Under the pieces are notes generated by a model. That model was not told where the DNA came from, did not search any database, and was given only the letters and a program-made list of their open reading frames with translations. DNA of 64,000 bases from Dehalococcoidia bacterium (lineage in GTDB: Bacteria > Chloroflexota > Dehalococcoidia > Lucifugimonadales > JADFKI01). How positions within the stretch are numbered: position 1 is the stretch's first letter; each line of letters opens with the position of its first letter. Location: positions 2,596,479 to 2,660,478 of the forward strand of contig OZ251547.1 in NCBI GenBank assembly GCA_965243355.1. The letters are read 5' to 3'. The translations under genes were made by a program, and so were the position numbers. Positions 36,234-45,729 of this stretch are shown here, piece after piece.

Positions 36234-37430
36234 ATGACAGCAAGCCAGCGCTTGACAGACGCCCCCCCATTCTTCGCCCTCCAAGCAACCGACGGCACCG
36301 CCCGCGCCGCCACGCTCAGCACGCCCCACGGCAGCGCCCCCACGCCCGCCTTTATGCCCGTCGCCACGCAGGGCAGCGTCAAAGCGGTGGACGCCGCCGA
36401 CCTGCGAGCCGCCGGCGCCCGCGTCCTGCTTTCCAACACATACCACCTCTACCTGCGCCCGGGCGCCCAAGCCGTCCAAGCGCTCGGCGGCCTGCATCGC
36501 TTTATGCGCTGGCAAGGCCCAACCCTCACCGACAGCGGCGGCTTTCAGGGGTTCAGCCTAGAAAGCCTGCGCCGCGTTACCGATGACGCCATCATATTCA
36601 AATCCCACGTCGACGGCAGCGTCCACGCATTCACCCCTGAGGCGGCGATTAGCCACCAAGAGGCGATAGGCGCGGACATCATTATGCCCCTGGACATCTG
36701 CGTCCCATCCGACAGCGAGCGCCCCGCCGTGGACGCCGCCGTGGACAAGACCAACCGCTGGCTGCTGCGCTGCCGAGAGGCGCAATCCCGCCCGGATCAG
36801 CGAATGTTCGGCATTGTGCAGGGCGGCTTATTCCCCGACCTGCGCCGCAAATCCGCCGAATTCATCACCGCGCTAGACCTGCCCGGCTACGCCATAGGCG
36901 GCCTAAGCGTGGGCGAATCCAAGCGCCAGATGTACGACGCCGTGGGCATAACCGCCCCCCTGTTGCCCGAAAGCGCCCCGCGCTACCTTATGGGCGTGGG
37001 CGCGCCCGAAGACCTGGTGGAATGCGTGGCGCGCGGCATTGATATGTTTGATTGCGTATTGCCCACCCGCATCGCCCGCAACGGCTCGCTCTACACGCGC
37101 GCGGGCAGGCTCAATATCGCCGCCGCCCGCTACAAAGCGCAAGACGCGCCCATAGAGCCGCGCTGCGACTGCTACGCCTGCCGCGAGTACTCCGCCGCCT
37201 ACATCCACCACCTATTTCGCGCGAAAGAACTGCTCGCCTATCGCCTAGCCACCATCCACAACCTGCGCTTTATCCTGCGCCTTATGGAAGAAATGCGCGC
37301 CGCCATCCTGCGCGGCGAATTCGCCCAATACCGCGCCGACTTCCACCGCCAATTCACGCCCCCCGACGAAAACGTCCGCCGCGCCCAAAGACAAAAATGG
37401 CTGCAATCCCAAGCCGCCCGCAACCGCTAA
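36234..37430 (+). CDS. tgt: Queuine tRNA-ribosyltransferase (tRNA-guanine transglycosylase)
   Basis: TPAFMPVATQGSVKAV, LSNTYHL, TDSGGFQ, GGLSVGE and the Zn site CDCYAC...H. Confidence 0.9.
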   Translation: MTASQRLTDAPPFFALQATDGTARAATLSTPHGSAPTPAFMPVATQGSVKAVDAADLRAAGARVLLSNTYHLYLRPGAQAVQALGGLHRFMRWQGPTLTDSGGFQGFSLESLRRVTDDAIIFKSHVDGSVHAFTPEAAISHQEAIGADIIMPLDICVPSDSERPAVDAAVDKTNRWLLRCREAQSRPDQRMFGIVQGGLFPDLRRKSAEFITALDLPGYAIGGLSVGESKRQMYDAVGITAPLLPESAPRYLMGVGAPEDLVECVARGIDMFDCVLPTRIARNGSLYTRAGRLNIAAARYKAQDAPIEPRCDCYACREYSAAYIHHLFRAKELLAYRLATIHNLRFILRLMEEMRAAILRGEFAQYRADFHRQFTPPDENVRRAQRQKWLQSQAARNR

Positions 37431-37617
37431 TCGCCGCCTGAAGACGCTGAGGGAACGCCAAGCATACGCGCCTAGACGACGCAGGAAAACGCCGCAACCT
37501 CGCAGTGAGACAGCGCTAATCCCAACGCGCCCTCGCCGCTAACCGCCGCTTGCCAATCGCCGCTTGAAGACGCGGCAATGCCGAACCCTGCTTTGCGACT
37601 TCGCCGCAGATTGCCGC

Positions 37618-37896
37618 CTACTTGCCGCCCGCAACCGCCGGCACTATGCTAACCTCATCCCCGCTCTTCGTCGCAGTGCCAAGCCCCTGCAGAAACCGCA
37701 CATCCTCCCCGTTCACATACACATTCACGAAGTTTCGCAGCTCCCCATCCTCATCGCACAGCCGCCCCTTGATCCCGGGATGCTGGCTCTCCAGCGAATC
37801 AATTATCTGGGCAAGCGTATCCCCCTCCGCCGCTACCCTATCCGCGCCATTGGTCACCCGCCTAAGGGGCGTCGGTATCCGCACCGATATGCTCAT
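37618..37896 (-). CDS. MoaD/ThiS-family sulfur-carrier protein, CysO-like, ending AGG-K
   Basis: MSISVRIPTPLRRVTNGADRVAAEGDTL...FVNVYVNGEDVRFLQGL.T....GDEVSIVPAVAGGK. By my recollection this is colinear with mycobacterial CysO. One extra residue follows the GG. Confidence 0.75.
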   Translation of the reverse strand: MSISVRIPTPLRRVTNGADRVAAEGDTLAQIIDSLESQHPGIKGRLCDEDGELRNFVNVYVNGEDVRFLQGLGTATKSGDEVSIVPAVAGGK

Positions 37897-38099
37897 CGCG
37901 TCTCATCCTCCGAGGTTAGTAAGAGATTGTGGTTATCAATAGGCGGCAAATCGCAAATTCGCCGCAAATCAGTTGTAGTCATTAGATAGTAATCCGCAAG
38001 CCGAAACGGGCGTCGCCAAATCCCAACTGCGCCGCATCCCGCTTGCCCTTGCGCCGCATCCCGCTTGCCCCCGCGCCTTAGCCGCCCTTGCCGCCCGCG

Positions 38100-38354
38100 C
38101 TACCCCTCTATCAGATCCCCCGTTATCGGGTCAACGCGCACGCCCGAACCGCGCATCCACTCCAAGCCGCGCGCTATCTCATCCTCATCCCCCTCCAACT
38201 CCAGCAGCACCCAGCCCATATTATCCCGCACATCCGCCCGCCGTATGTTCGTTACAATCTCAAACTTGCGCCCCAGATTGTATATCAGCGGCTCGGTTAT
38301 CAGCGACTGCGGAAATGTGAACCGTACCCGTCGTTTTGCCATTATCCTTGCCAT
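38100..38354 (-). CDS. NIL-domain protein
   Basis: 84 aa. RVRFTFPQSLITEPLIYNLGRKFEIVTNIRRADV...GWVLLELEGDEDEI is a NIL (MetN C-terminal-like) domain pattern. Confidence 0.65.
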   Translation of the reverse strand: MARIMAKRRVRFTFPQSLITEPLIYNLGRKFEIVTNIRRADVRDNMGWVLLELEGDEDEIARGLEWMRGSGVRVDPITGDLIEG

Positions 38355-38443
38355 TTCTTTCTCGCGCCGCGGCGTTGCCCCTATATGATATGCCCTAATA
38401 TGACATGACTATGTATGACGCGCCCGCCCGTTAGCCGCCCGCC

Positions 38444-39691
38444 TTAGCCGCGCTTGCCGTTGCGCTCTTCCCGCGTGGCGAGGCTGCTCATAAAATCATC
38501 GTAATCCGGCGTCGTGAACACCGGATCCACCACCGACTCCACCACCTCTTGCGTCTTCAGCCCGTTGCCCGTGATGTACGCCACCGTCAGGTCGTCCGGC
38601 TTAATCTTGCCCTGCCGCGCCAGCGCCCGCAGCCCCGAAATCACCACGCCGCCAGCCGTCTCGGTGAAAATCCCCTCGGTCTCAGCCAGCAGCCGTATCC
38701 CCTCAACTATCTCATCCTCCGGCGCCGCCACCGCGCTGCCGCCCGACGCCTCTATCGTCTTGATGGAATAAAACCCGTCCGCCGGATTGCCGATGGCGAG
38801 CGACTTGGCGATAGTGTCCGGCGTAACCGGCCGCACATGCGGCGTATCCTCGTCATACGCCGACACGATGGGCGAGCAGCCCTCCGCCTGCGCTATGTGC
38901 ATCTTGGTATGCGCCGAATCTATCAGATCCAGATCCGCCAGCTCGTTCAAGCCCTTCCATATCTTAGTGAACAGCGAACCCGACGCGCCCGGCACGACGC
39001 AAACATCCGGCGCGCGCCAGCCCAGCTGCTCCGCCACCTCATACGCCAGCGTCTTGCTGCCCTCCGAATAGAACGGCCGCATATTGATGTTCACGAAAGC
39101 CCAGCGGTGATTATCCGCCAGCTCGCTGCACAGCCGGTTCACCTGGTCGTAAGTGCCGTCCACAGCCACAAGCGTAGCGCCGTAGATCCCCGCCCCCAGT
39201 ATCTTCCCCCGCTCCAGATCCGACGGGAAAAACACCATCGTCTTCATCCCCGCCTTAGCGCCGTGCGCCGAAACCGACCCTGCTAGGTTCCCCGTAGAGG
39301 CGCACGCCAGCGTATCGAACTCAAACTCCAGCGCCTTAGCCGACGCCACCGACACGACCCTATCTTTGAACGAAAACGTCGGATTAACGCTGTCATTCTT
39401 GATATACAGCCGATTAAGCCCCAGCAGCCTGCCCAGATTCTTGGCGCGCACGAGGGGGGTAAAGCCGGTATTCATATCCAGCGCGGTATCGGCGTCCACC
39501 GGCAGCAAATCGTGATAGCGCCACATCGTCAGGGGCCCCTTGGCGATGCGCTCGCGGCTAATGCTGCGCGCTATGCCGTCGTAATCGTAGCTAACCTCAA
39601 GCGGCCCAAAGCAGAAATCGCACACATAAAGCGGCTCCACCGCATACTCGCTGCCGCACTCCCGGCAACTCAGGCATTTCACATAAGACAA
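38444..39691 (-). CDS. Threonine synthase-family PLP enzyme with N-terminal zinc ribbon
   Basis: CLSCRECG...CDFCFGPLEV zinc ribbon, a PLP lysine motif NPTFSFKDR, then ASTGNLAGS and GNGLK. The start is uncertain: TTG 39691 or GTG 39682, both after a GGGGGA RBS. The track start at 39799 looks like an upstream extension. Confidence 0.8.
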   Translation of the reverse strand: MSYVKCLSCRECGSEYAVEPLYVCDFCFGPLEVSYDYDGIARSISRERIAKGPLTMWRYHDLLPVDADTALDMNTGFTPLVRAKNLGRLLGLNRLYIKNDSVNPTFSFKDRVVSVASAKALEFEFDTLACASTGNLAGSVSAHGAKAGMKTMVFFPSDLERGKILGAGIYGATLVAVDGTYDQVNRLCSELADNHRWAFVNINMRPFYSEGSKTLAYEVAEQLGWRAPDVCVVPGASGSLFTKIWKGLNELADLDLIDSAHTKMHIAQAEGCSPIVSAYDEDTPHVRPVTPDTIAKSLAIGNPADGFYSIKTIEASGGSAVAAPEDEIVEGIRLLAETEGIFTETAGGVVISGLRALARQGKIKPDDLTVAYITGNGLKTQEVVESVVDPVFTTPDYDDFMSSLATREERNGKRG

Positions 39692-39965
39692 GGCTAAACA
39701 ATCCCCCTGCGAATAGTGGCGCACATAAACGCCGCGCCCCTCGCGCCGCCCTAGGCATTCCCCGGCGCGGGGCAATAGTAGCATTCCCAATAGTAGCAAC
39801 GCATAAGCGGGATTGTCAATTAAAGCCCGCCGGCCGGGTATTCTCAGTGCGCAGCGCCAATAGATTTGAGGGGCTGGTTTAGGCGCTCTTCAAGCGCTAT
39901 CGCCAGCGGATGATTCAGCATTTCCACGCGCTTTGTGTAGCCCTTTGTTCGCCTCACAAGCCTGT

Positions 39966-40340
39966 TCAGATTGCTCCGCAACTTGGAGCGCAGCCCCTTA
40001 TCCGGTTCACCGCTCCGCCCTTGCCTACGATGTGCCGGTCACGAGGCAGCCACTCGTACACCCCATAAGCGTTGGTTTCGTGCCTGTCAGCGCCCGGCAG
40101 TCTATCCAACAAGCGCAAGAACGCCGACTCGTCTTTGCTCCCAACCTGATACATCCGCCAGCGGACGCCGTCCGGCTCTTCCACTACCGCAGTCCATATC
40201 CACAGGTCTTGACGACGCTCGCCGCGCCGTATCCCCAAGTATGTCCACATCTCATCAAACGCCACAATAGACGCGCGGACGCTATCCCGCCGACCGCTTG
40301 TCCGCCACTCCAGAAAGCGCGTCAGGCGCTCGGTAGCCAA
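39966..40340 (-). pseudogene. insB: IS1 InsB-like transposase fragment (frame-disrupted)
   Basis: DEMWTYLG...WIWTAVVE...YEWLPRDRHIVGKGG is the InsB catalytic region. The expected continuation EGLRSKLRSNLNRLVRRTKGYTK is found only in another frame, down to about 39850. Confidence 0.65.
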
Positions 40341-40611
40341 CGCCCCCTTTTTTGACCCACTTGCTTGCTGTGGTTGCGCTCGCGCCCATCACGCGCGCCG
40401 TCGCCGATAGGCTCATTCCCTCCGCGCGCATCTTCACCGCTTGTTCCTTCTGTTCATTGGTGAACCGATGCTTTGCGCCCTCTTGATGCTTGCGGCCGCA
40501 CTGGTTGCACTTAAATATCTGCTTGCCGCGCGAATGCCCGTCTTTCTTGACCCAATTCGAGCCGCATTTCGGGCATAACGCATCGTGTCTGTACACTCTC
40601 GGCTTTGCCAT
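40282..40611 (-). CDS. insA: IS1 InsA-like protein (zinc finger plus HTH)
   Basis: CPKCGS...CNQCGR zinc finger, then an HTH-like region EQAVKMRAEGMSLSATARVMG. An A6G run (TCAAAAAAGGG) lies in the overlap with the next ORF. Confidence 0.7.
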   Translation of the reverse strand: MAKPRVYRHDALCPKCGSNWVKKDGHSRGKQIFKCNQCGRKHQEGAKHRFTNEQKEQAVKMRAEGMSLSATARVMGASATTASKWVKKGGVGYRAPDALSGVADKRSAG

Positions 40612-40683
40612 AAGTTCACCCGTCTTTCAGTGATTTAGGGCAAGCATATCATATTAACACTGCAGAGTGGGAATACCGGGTGG

Positions 40684-41007
40684 CCGGGTATTCTTACCTT
40701 GCAGTGTTCATTGATTTGAGGGACTGATTTAGGCATTCCTCGAACACTATCGCCAGCATGTGTTTCAGCATCTCCACGCTCTTTGTGTAGCCCTTTGTCC
40801 GCCTCACAAGCCGGTTCAGCTTGCTTCGCAACTTGGAGCGCAGCCCCTCATCCGGTTCACCGCTCCGCCTTTGCCTATCACATGCCTGTCCCGAGGCAGC
40901 CACTCGTACACCCCATAAGCGTTGGTTTCGTGCCTGTCAGCGCCCGGCAGTCTATCCAACAAGCGCAAGAACGCCTCAGGGCGGGATAGGGCGCGGGCGT
41001 CAAGCAT
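40684..41007 (-). mobile_element. Truncated second copy of the same IS1-family element (3' ~320 bp only)
   Basis: Starts with CCGGGTATTCTTACCTTGCAGTG, 3 bp after copy 1 ends. Positions 40783..40980 are near-identical to 39933..40130 and carry the same frame break. Confidence 0.7.
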
Positions 41008-41114
41008 AGCCGCGTCAATCGTATCGGATGCAATGCCCGTGTAGTTGGGCGCAGCGAGGGATTGCGGGCGGCGCTATTCCTATACGCGCCATACGCGGGC
41101 GAAAGTTGACGCGG

Positions 41115-42167
41115 CTATTCGGCGGGGAACGCCAGGAACGGGTTGTCGTGAACGCGCGTGAGTTCAACCGAGGCGCCGGGCGATAGGCTTGGGTAGCCGC
41201 GCCGGACGCAACGCACAATCGCGCCGCCGGGTGTTGCGACGAAAGCCATCGTTTCGCCGCCGCGGAACTCTAGGGATTCCACGCGGCAATCGCCGGACTG
41301 CGTCGCCGCCACTCCCAGATCTTGCGGGCGGATCATCACGAGCAGCGCGTCGCCGTCGGATATGGCGGCGCTGTGGCAGATGAACGGCAGATCGCCGATG
41401 GCGGTTGCGGCGAATACGCCATTCGCCACGCCGGGCAGGAAGTCGCAGTCGCCCACCATCCGGGCTACGGCGGGATTGACGGGCGCGCGGTAGAGGTCGG
41501 CGGGCGCGCCGAGCTGCTCTAGGCGGCCGGCGACCATAACGCCCGCGCGGTCTGCTACGGCGAATGCCTCTTCGCGGTCGTGGGTGACCAGGATGGCGCT
41601 GATGTTTTCGCGGCGCAGTATCTCCACCACTTCCAGGCGCAGGCTGTGGCGCAGGCCGGCGTCTAGGTTGCTGAACGGCTCGTCAAGCAGCATAGCGATG
41701 GGATGCGGCGCCAGGGTTCGGGCGAGCGCGACGCGCTGCTGCTGGCCGCCGGAGAGTTCGTGCGGGTAGCGGCTTTCAAGGTCGGCTAGGCGCACTAGCT
41801 CCAGCGCCTCGCGCGCGCGGCGGCGGCGGTCGGCGGGGGATGCGTTATGCAGCCCGAAAGCCACGTTTTGCGCCACGCTCATATGCGGGAATAGCGCGTA
41901 CTCCTGGAATACCATCCCGATGTTGCGGCGCTCAGGCGGCAGATGCAGCGTTTCGGATGATACGGGTTCGGAGCGTATGGCGATTGCGCCGCCGTTCACC
42001 GCCTCAAAGCCGGCTATGAGCCGCAGCAGCGTGGTCTTGCCGCAGCCGCTTTCGCCCAGTATGGACACGATTTCGCCGGGCATCAGGCCGAAACTGACGG
42101 CGTCGACCGCAAGCGTGTCGGCGTAGCGCTTGCTTGCTTGGATGCACTCAATCAGGGGGGTAGTCAT
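41115..42167 (-). CDS. Fe(3+)/polyamine-type ABC importer ATP-binding protein (FbpC-like)
   Basis: I place the start at ATG 42167 (MTTPLIECIQASKRY), overlapping the permease stop by 4 bp. Walker A GESGCGKTT, signature LSGGQQQRVALAR, Walker B LLDEPFSNLD, plus a C-terminal TOBE-like region. Confidence 0.85.
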   Translation of the reverse strand: MTTPLIECIQASKRYADTLAVDAVSFGLMPGEIVSILGESGCGKTTLLRLIAGFEAVNGGAIAIRSEPVSSETLHLPPERRNIGMVFQEYALFPHMSVAQNVAFGLHNASPADRRRRAREALELVRLADLESRYPHELSGGQQQRVALARTLAPHPIAMLLDEPFSNLDAGLRHSLRLEVVEILRRENISAILVTHDREEAFAVADRAGVMVAGRLEQLGAPADLYRAPVNPAVARMVGDCDFLPGVANGVFAATAIGDLPFICHSAAISDGDALLVMIRPQDLGVAATQSGDCRVESLEFRGGETMAFVATPGGAIVRCVRRGYPSLSPGASVELTRVHDNPFLAFPAE

Positions 42168-43813
42168 GCCAGCGCCCTCTTTTCGCGCAGCACTAGCAGC
42201 GTCATTGGGACGGACGACATCAGGATGAGCAGCAGCGCGGGGGCGGCGGCGCGCGCGAAGAACGCCTCGGCGGAGGCCGACCATACCTCAGTGGCGAGCG
42301 TGTCAAAGTCAAGAGGGCCTAGTATCAGGGTGGCGGGCAGCTCTTTCATCGTTAGCAGGAACACAAGCGCGCCGCCCATTAGGACGCCGGGCATCATAAG
42401 CGGGGCGGTTATGCGGAGCATCACCCTGAGCGGGCTGTGGCCTAGGCTGCGCGCGGCGTCTTCAAGGCGGGGGCTGATTTGCAGCAGCGACGCCTTGACC
42501 GCGCCAAGCGCCACAGGGAAGAATAGGATGGCGTATCCGAATATGAGCAGGTAGTGGGTCTGGTAGAGCAGGCGGAAGTAGTTCGCGCCGAAGAAGATGA
42601 GCGCCAGGGCGACCACTACGCCCGGCAGCGCGTAGCCGGTGTAGCTCAGGGATTCGAGGATGCGGTTGAGGCGCGTGGGATAGCGCACAAGCAGGGTTGC
42701 CATGGCAATCGCCATCGCGGCCGTTATGACGGCGGCGGCGAGCGATACGATAAGCGAGTTTTGGGTGGCAGTCCATAGCAATAGCAGCGGCTCGCCGTTT
42801 GAGACGCCGCGAACCAGCCAGAACGCCAACACGCCCGCGGGCAGCGCGAGCGCGAGGGCGAGCGTCCCGATTATCGCCGCGATAGCCGCCCATTTCCAAG
42901 CGCCGAGCTTGGCGGCCCGCGGCTGGCGCGCCGAACCCGCGCCCGCGCGATAGTAGCGCTGACGCCCGCGCGTGTAGCTTTCCATAAGCAGTATGGCTAT
43001 CGCCAGCGCCACAAGCGCAAACGAAAGCAGCGCCGCTATGGAGCGGTCAATGGACGACTGGTATTGCTGGTATATCGTGAATGTGAATGTGTTGTAGCGC
43101 ATCAGGGATACCGCGCCGAAATCGCTGAGCGTGTAGAGCGCCACAAGCAGCGCGCCCGCCGCTATGGACGGGTTGAGCTGCGGCAGCGTCACGCGAAAGA
43201 ACGCGCTCCAAGCGCCGTGACCAAGGCTGCGCGCCGATTCGTCGGTGGCAGGGTCAAGATTGGCTACCGCCGCGCGCACGGTCAGGAACATATACGGGTA
43301 GCTGAGCAGCGTCAGAACCAGGGTCGCGCCCGCAAGCCCGTAGAAGTCGGGGATGCGCTGCACGCCAAACGCCGCCTCCAGCAGCGATTGCAGCATCCCG
43401 CGGGGGCCTAGCGCCGAGGCGTACAGGAACGCGCCCACGAAACTGGGTATTACCAGGGGCAACGCGAGTAGCACCGTCCAAGCGCGGCGCAGGGGCAGAT
43501 CCGAGCGCGCGGTCAGCCACGCGAATGGCACGGCGAGGACGGCGGACAGTGAGGTTACGCAGACCGCTAGCAGCAATGTCCTGCCAAGCGTTTCCAGCGT
43601 GCGGACGCGAAAGAACAGATCCCACGCCTGGTCGCTCGCGCTCGCGCCGCGTATCACAAGGTAGAGCGCGGGCAGGAACATAGCCGCGCCGACCAGCAGC
43701 GCGGGCAGCAATACGACCGGCGGGGGCAGAGCGGCGAGGGTAAGCCGCCGGCCTGGTAGCAGGGCAAGGCCGGCGGCTGTGAACTTGTTGGGTATGTGGC
43801 TGATTTCTACCAT
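42164..43813 (-). CDS. Iron(III) ABC transporter permease (two-module, FbpB-like)
   Basis: 549 aa with about 12 TM helices and two EAA-like loops (DESARSLG, EDAARSLG). Confidence 0.8.
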   Translation of the reverse strand: MVEISHIPNKFTAAGLALLPGRRLTLAALPPPVVLLPALLVGAAMFLPALYLVIRGASASDQAWDLFFRVRTLETLGRTLLLAVCVTSLSAVLAVPFAWLTARSDLPLRRAWTVLLALPLVIPSFVGAFLYASALGPRGMLQSLLEAAFGVQRIPDFYGLAGATLVLTLLSYPYMFLTVRAAVANLDPATDESARSLGHGAWSAFFRVTLPQLNPSIAAGALLVALYTLSDFGAVSLMRYNTFTFTIYQQYQSSIDRSIAALLSFALVALAIAILLMESYTRGRQRYYRAGAGSARQPRAAKLGAWKWAAIAAIIGTLALALALPAGVLAFWLVRGVSNGEPLLLLWTATQNSLIVSLAAAVITAAMAIAMATLLVRYPTRLNRILESLSYTGYALPGVVVALALIFFGANYFRLLYQTHYLLIFGYAILFFPVALGAVKASLLQISPRLEDAARSLGHSPLRVMLRITAPLMMPGVLMGGALVFLLTMKELPATLILGPLDFDTLATEVWSASAEAFFARAAAPALLLILMSSVPMTLLVLREKRALA

Positions 43814-43859
43814 ATTGGGTATGTTTGGATAGCCGATTAGCCGATTGGCGAGCGGCGGG

Positions 43860-45032
43860 CTAGTTCAGTATGCCTAGATCGCGCAGCAGCGCTTGCGTGC
43901 CGGCGAGATCCTCTAGGGTAGCCATATCTATGTGCGGGTTGTTGATCTCTTCGAGCGGCGTGAGTATCCTGTTCGTCCTGACGCCCTCTACTAGGGGATA
44001 CTCAAAGGTTTGCCCGGCGAAGTACTGCTGCGCCACGGTGGACAGCAGGAAGTTGAAGAACCGCTCGGCGTTGTCCTTGTTTTCGGCGGTGTTCAGGATG
44101 CCGCCGCCCGCTACTAGGATGACGCCGCCGGGGCCGCCGCCGGGGATGTGGTAGTTGCGGGCGGCAAAGCCCTCGCCCTCTTCGGCGATAAAGCGATGCA
44201 GATAGTAGTGGTTGACGAACCCGACGTCCACCTCGCCCGCGGCGGTCGCCGCCACGGTAGGCGTGTTCTTGGGATAGACATTCGGCTCGTTGGCTTGGAT
44301 GCCCAGCAGCCATTCGCGCGTCTTGTCCTCGCCCCACACTACGCGCATCGCGGTGACCATCGCTTGGAACGACCCGTTTGTGGGCGCCCAGCCGATGCGG
44401 CCCTTCCATTCGGGCGCGGTGAACGCCTCCATATTGTCGGGCAGGTCGGCGGGCGTCAGGTTGTCGGTGTTGTACACCACTACCCTCGCGCGGCCGGATA
44501 TGCCTACCCAGAGATTGTCGGGGGAGCGCGCCCATTCAGGCGCTTTGTTGGTGATGGAGGACGGCAGCGTTGCGAACATTCCGGCGCTCGCTACCTCGCC
44601 AAGCCCGCCCGGATCCTGGGCGAAGAACACGTCGGCGGGGGAGTTGTCGCCCTCTTCAAGCAAGGTAGCGGCGATTTCGCCCGTGCCGCCGTACTTGACT
44701 GCCACGTTTATGCCGGTAACCTCTTCGAACTGCGCGATGATTGGGCCCACGAGAGATTCGCTCCTGCCCGAATAGACGACCAGTTCGCCGGGGTCGGCTT
44801 GAACTACCCGTTCCACCACTTCCACGACCTTTTCGCCGGGGACTTCGACTACGCGCTCTACCTCGATTATCTGAGCCGTAGGCGCGGGTCCGGGGACTTC
44901 CACTATGCGCTCCACTTCGATTATCTGAGGCGCAGGCGCGACGGCGGCGGGGGTTGCGCCGCATGCGATAAGCCCAAACGCTGCCGTTATCAGCGCGGCG
45001 AGCGCCAACCATAGCGGCTTGGATGCTGACAT
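43860..45032 (-). CDS. Iron(III) ABC transporter substrate-binding lipoprotein (FbpA/AfuA-like)
   Basis: Lipobox LIACG, a repeated QIIEVER(I/V)VEVPG linker, then an FbpA-like body (VVYSGRSE, YGGTGE, VFFAQD). Confidence 0.8.
   Translation of the reverse strand: MSASKPLWLALAALITAAFGLIACGATPAAVAPAPQIIEVERIVEVPGPAPTAQIIEVERVVEVPGEKVVEVVERVVQADPGELVVYSGRSESLVGPIIAQFEEVTGINVAVKYGGTGEIAATLLEEGDNSPADVFFAQDPGGLGEVASAGMFATLPSSITNKAPEWARSPDNLWVGISGRARVVVYNTDNLTPADLPDNMEAFTAPEWKGRIGWAPTNGSFQAMVTAMRVVWGEDKTREWLLGIQANEPNVYPKNTPTVAATAAGEVDVGFVNHYYLHRFIAEEGEGFAARNYHIPGGGPGGVILVAGGGILNTAENKDNAERFFNFLLSTVAQQYFAGQTFEYPLVEGVRTNRILTPLEEINNPHIDMATLEDLAGTQALLRDLGILN
44799..44927 (-). repeat. Coding V/E-rich linker with duplicated QIIEVER.VEVPG unit
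   Basis: QIIEVERIVEVPGPAPTAQIIEVERVVEVPGEKVVEVVERVVQ. Confidence 0.85.
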
Positions 45033-45102
45033 TTGCGTTCACTCCTTGCGTCGCTATGCTTAACATTCGCTCATTCGTATGTTGAGCAAGGCAAAGCATA
45101 GC

Positions 45103-45165
45103 AACTAATCGCGTTAGTTAATATGGATTAAGTTGAAGATTTTGTCAACAGATAAGCGCATTATC
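45103..45165 (-). promoter_or_regulatory. Promoter of the iron ABC operon bracketed by two palindromic operator candidates
   Basis: Reading the minus strand: GATAATGCGCTTATC (45151..45165), then -35 TTGACA (45143..45148), a 17-nt spacer, -10 CATATT (45120..45125), then AACTAACGCGATTAGTT (45103..45119). Confidence 0.55.
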
Positions 45166-45694
45166 CGCTGGGTATGAGTTCTGCGCTGATGTTGTCTTTT
45201 GGGCCGACCCCTCTATATGGGAGGGTAAGAGGGGCCGGCCTGCGAGAAAGGAGGGAAGGAATTACGATATTTGGGGGAACGCGCTAGGCGCTCCGGCGGG
45301 ATGTGTTGGCGGTTCGCGGCAGTTGGCGGGTATGAAAGCGCTGTGGCTATTTGCCGCCGCAAGCGCCGCCGCGCCTATAATCCGCGTTTCGCTCGCTGTC
45401 ATTCGCTAATCCTTGACGGCGCGTTTCAGTTATTAGAAACATACGCATATAATTAGTATGTATTAAGTGTTACAGATAGATTAGCGGCATAAAATCGGTA
45501 TGTCAATAGATTTATTGTAAATTCGCGCATATTCTCAAAATTGCTATTGCAGGCGGCTAGTTCGCGGGGAAAATGCCGATGGAGCGCGGCGTGTGGGAGA
45601 TTTGGGCGGGTGAGGCGAGCAGATGGCAAGGGGCAAGGGGCAATGGGAGTGAATCGGCGAGCCGTAGGGGATTAGGGGTGTATGGCGAAAGGAG

Positions 45695-45729
45695 AGCCGC
45701 GCCCCCCGTGATTGGCGGGGAGCGCGGCT
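45695..45729 (-). terminator. Terminator-like GC hairpin after ferritin
   Basis: AGCCGCGCCCCC...GGGGAGCGCGGCT stem about 55 nt after the ferritin stop. On the minus strand a TCTCCTTTCG tract follows. Confidence 0.5.

Larger units (their letters stand above)
39834..40680 (-). mobile_element. IS1-family insertion sequence (both ends present, transposase reading frame fragmented)
   Basis: Imperfect terminal inverted repeats CCGGGTATTCTCAGTGCGCAG (left) and, read as reverse complement, CCCGGTATTCCCACTCTGCAG (right). Contains an InsA-like ORF and InsB-like pieces in two further frames. Confidence 0.75.

Noticed and set aside
38029-38071. Tandem 21-bp direct repeat TGCGCCGCATCCCGCTTGCCC x2 between the NIL and CysO-like genes.
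   Set aside because: It has only two copies and no associated structure or ORF, so it is most simply a slippage duplication in an intergenic spacer.
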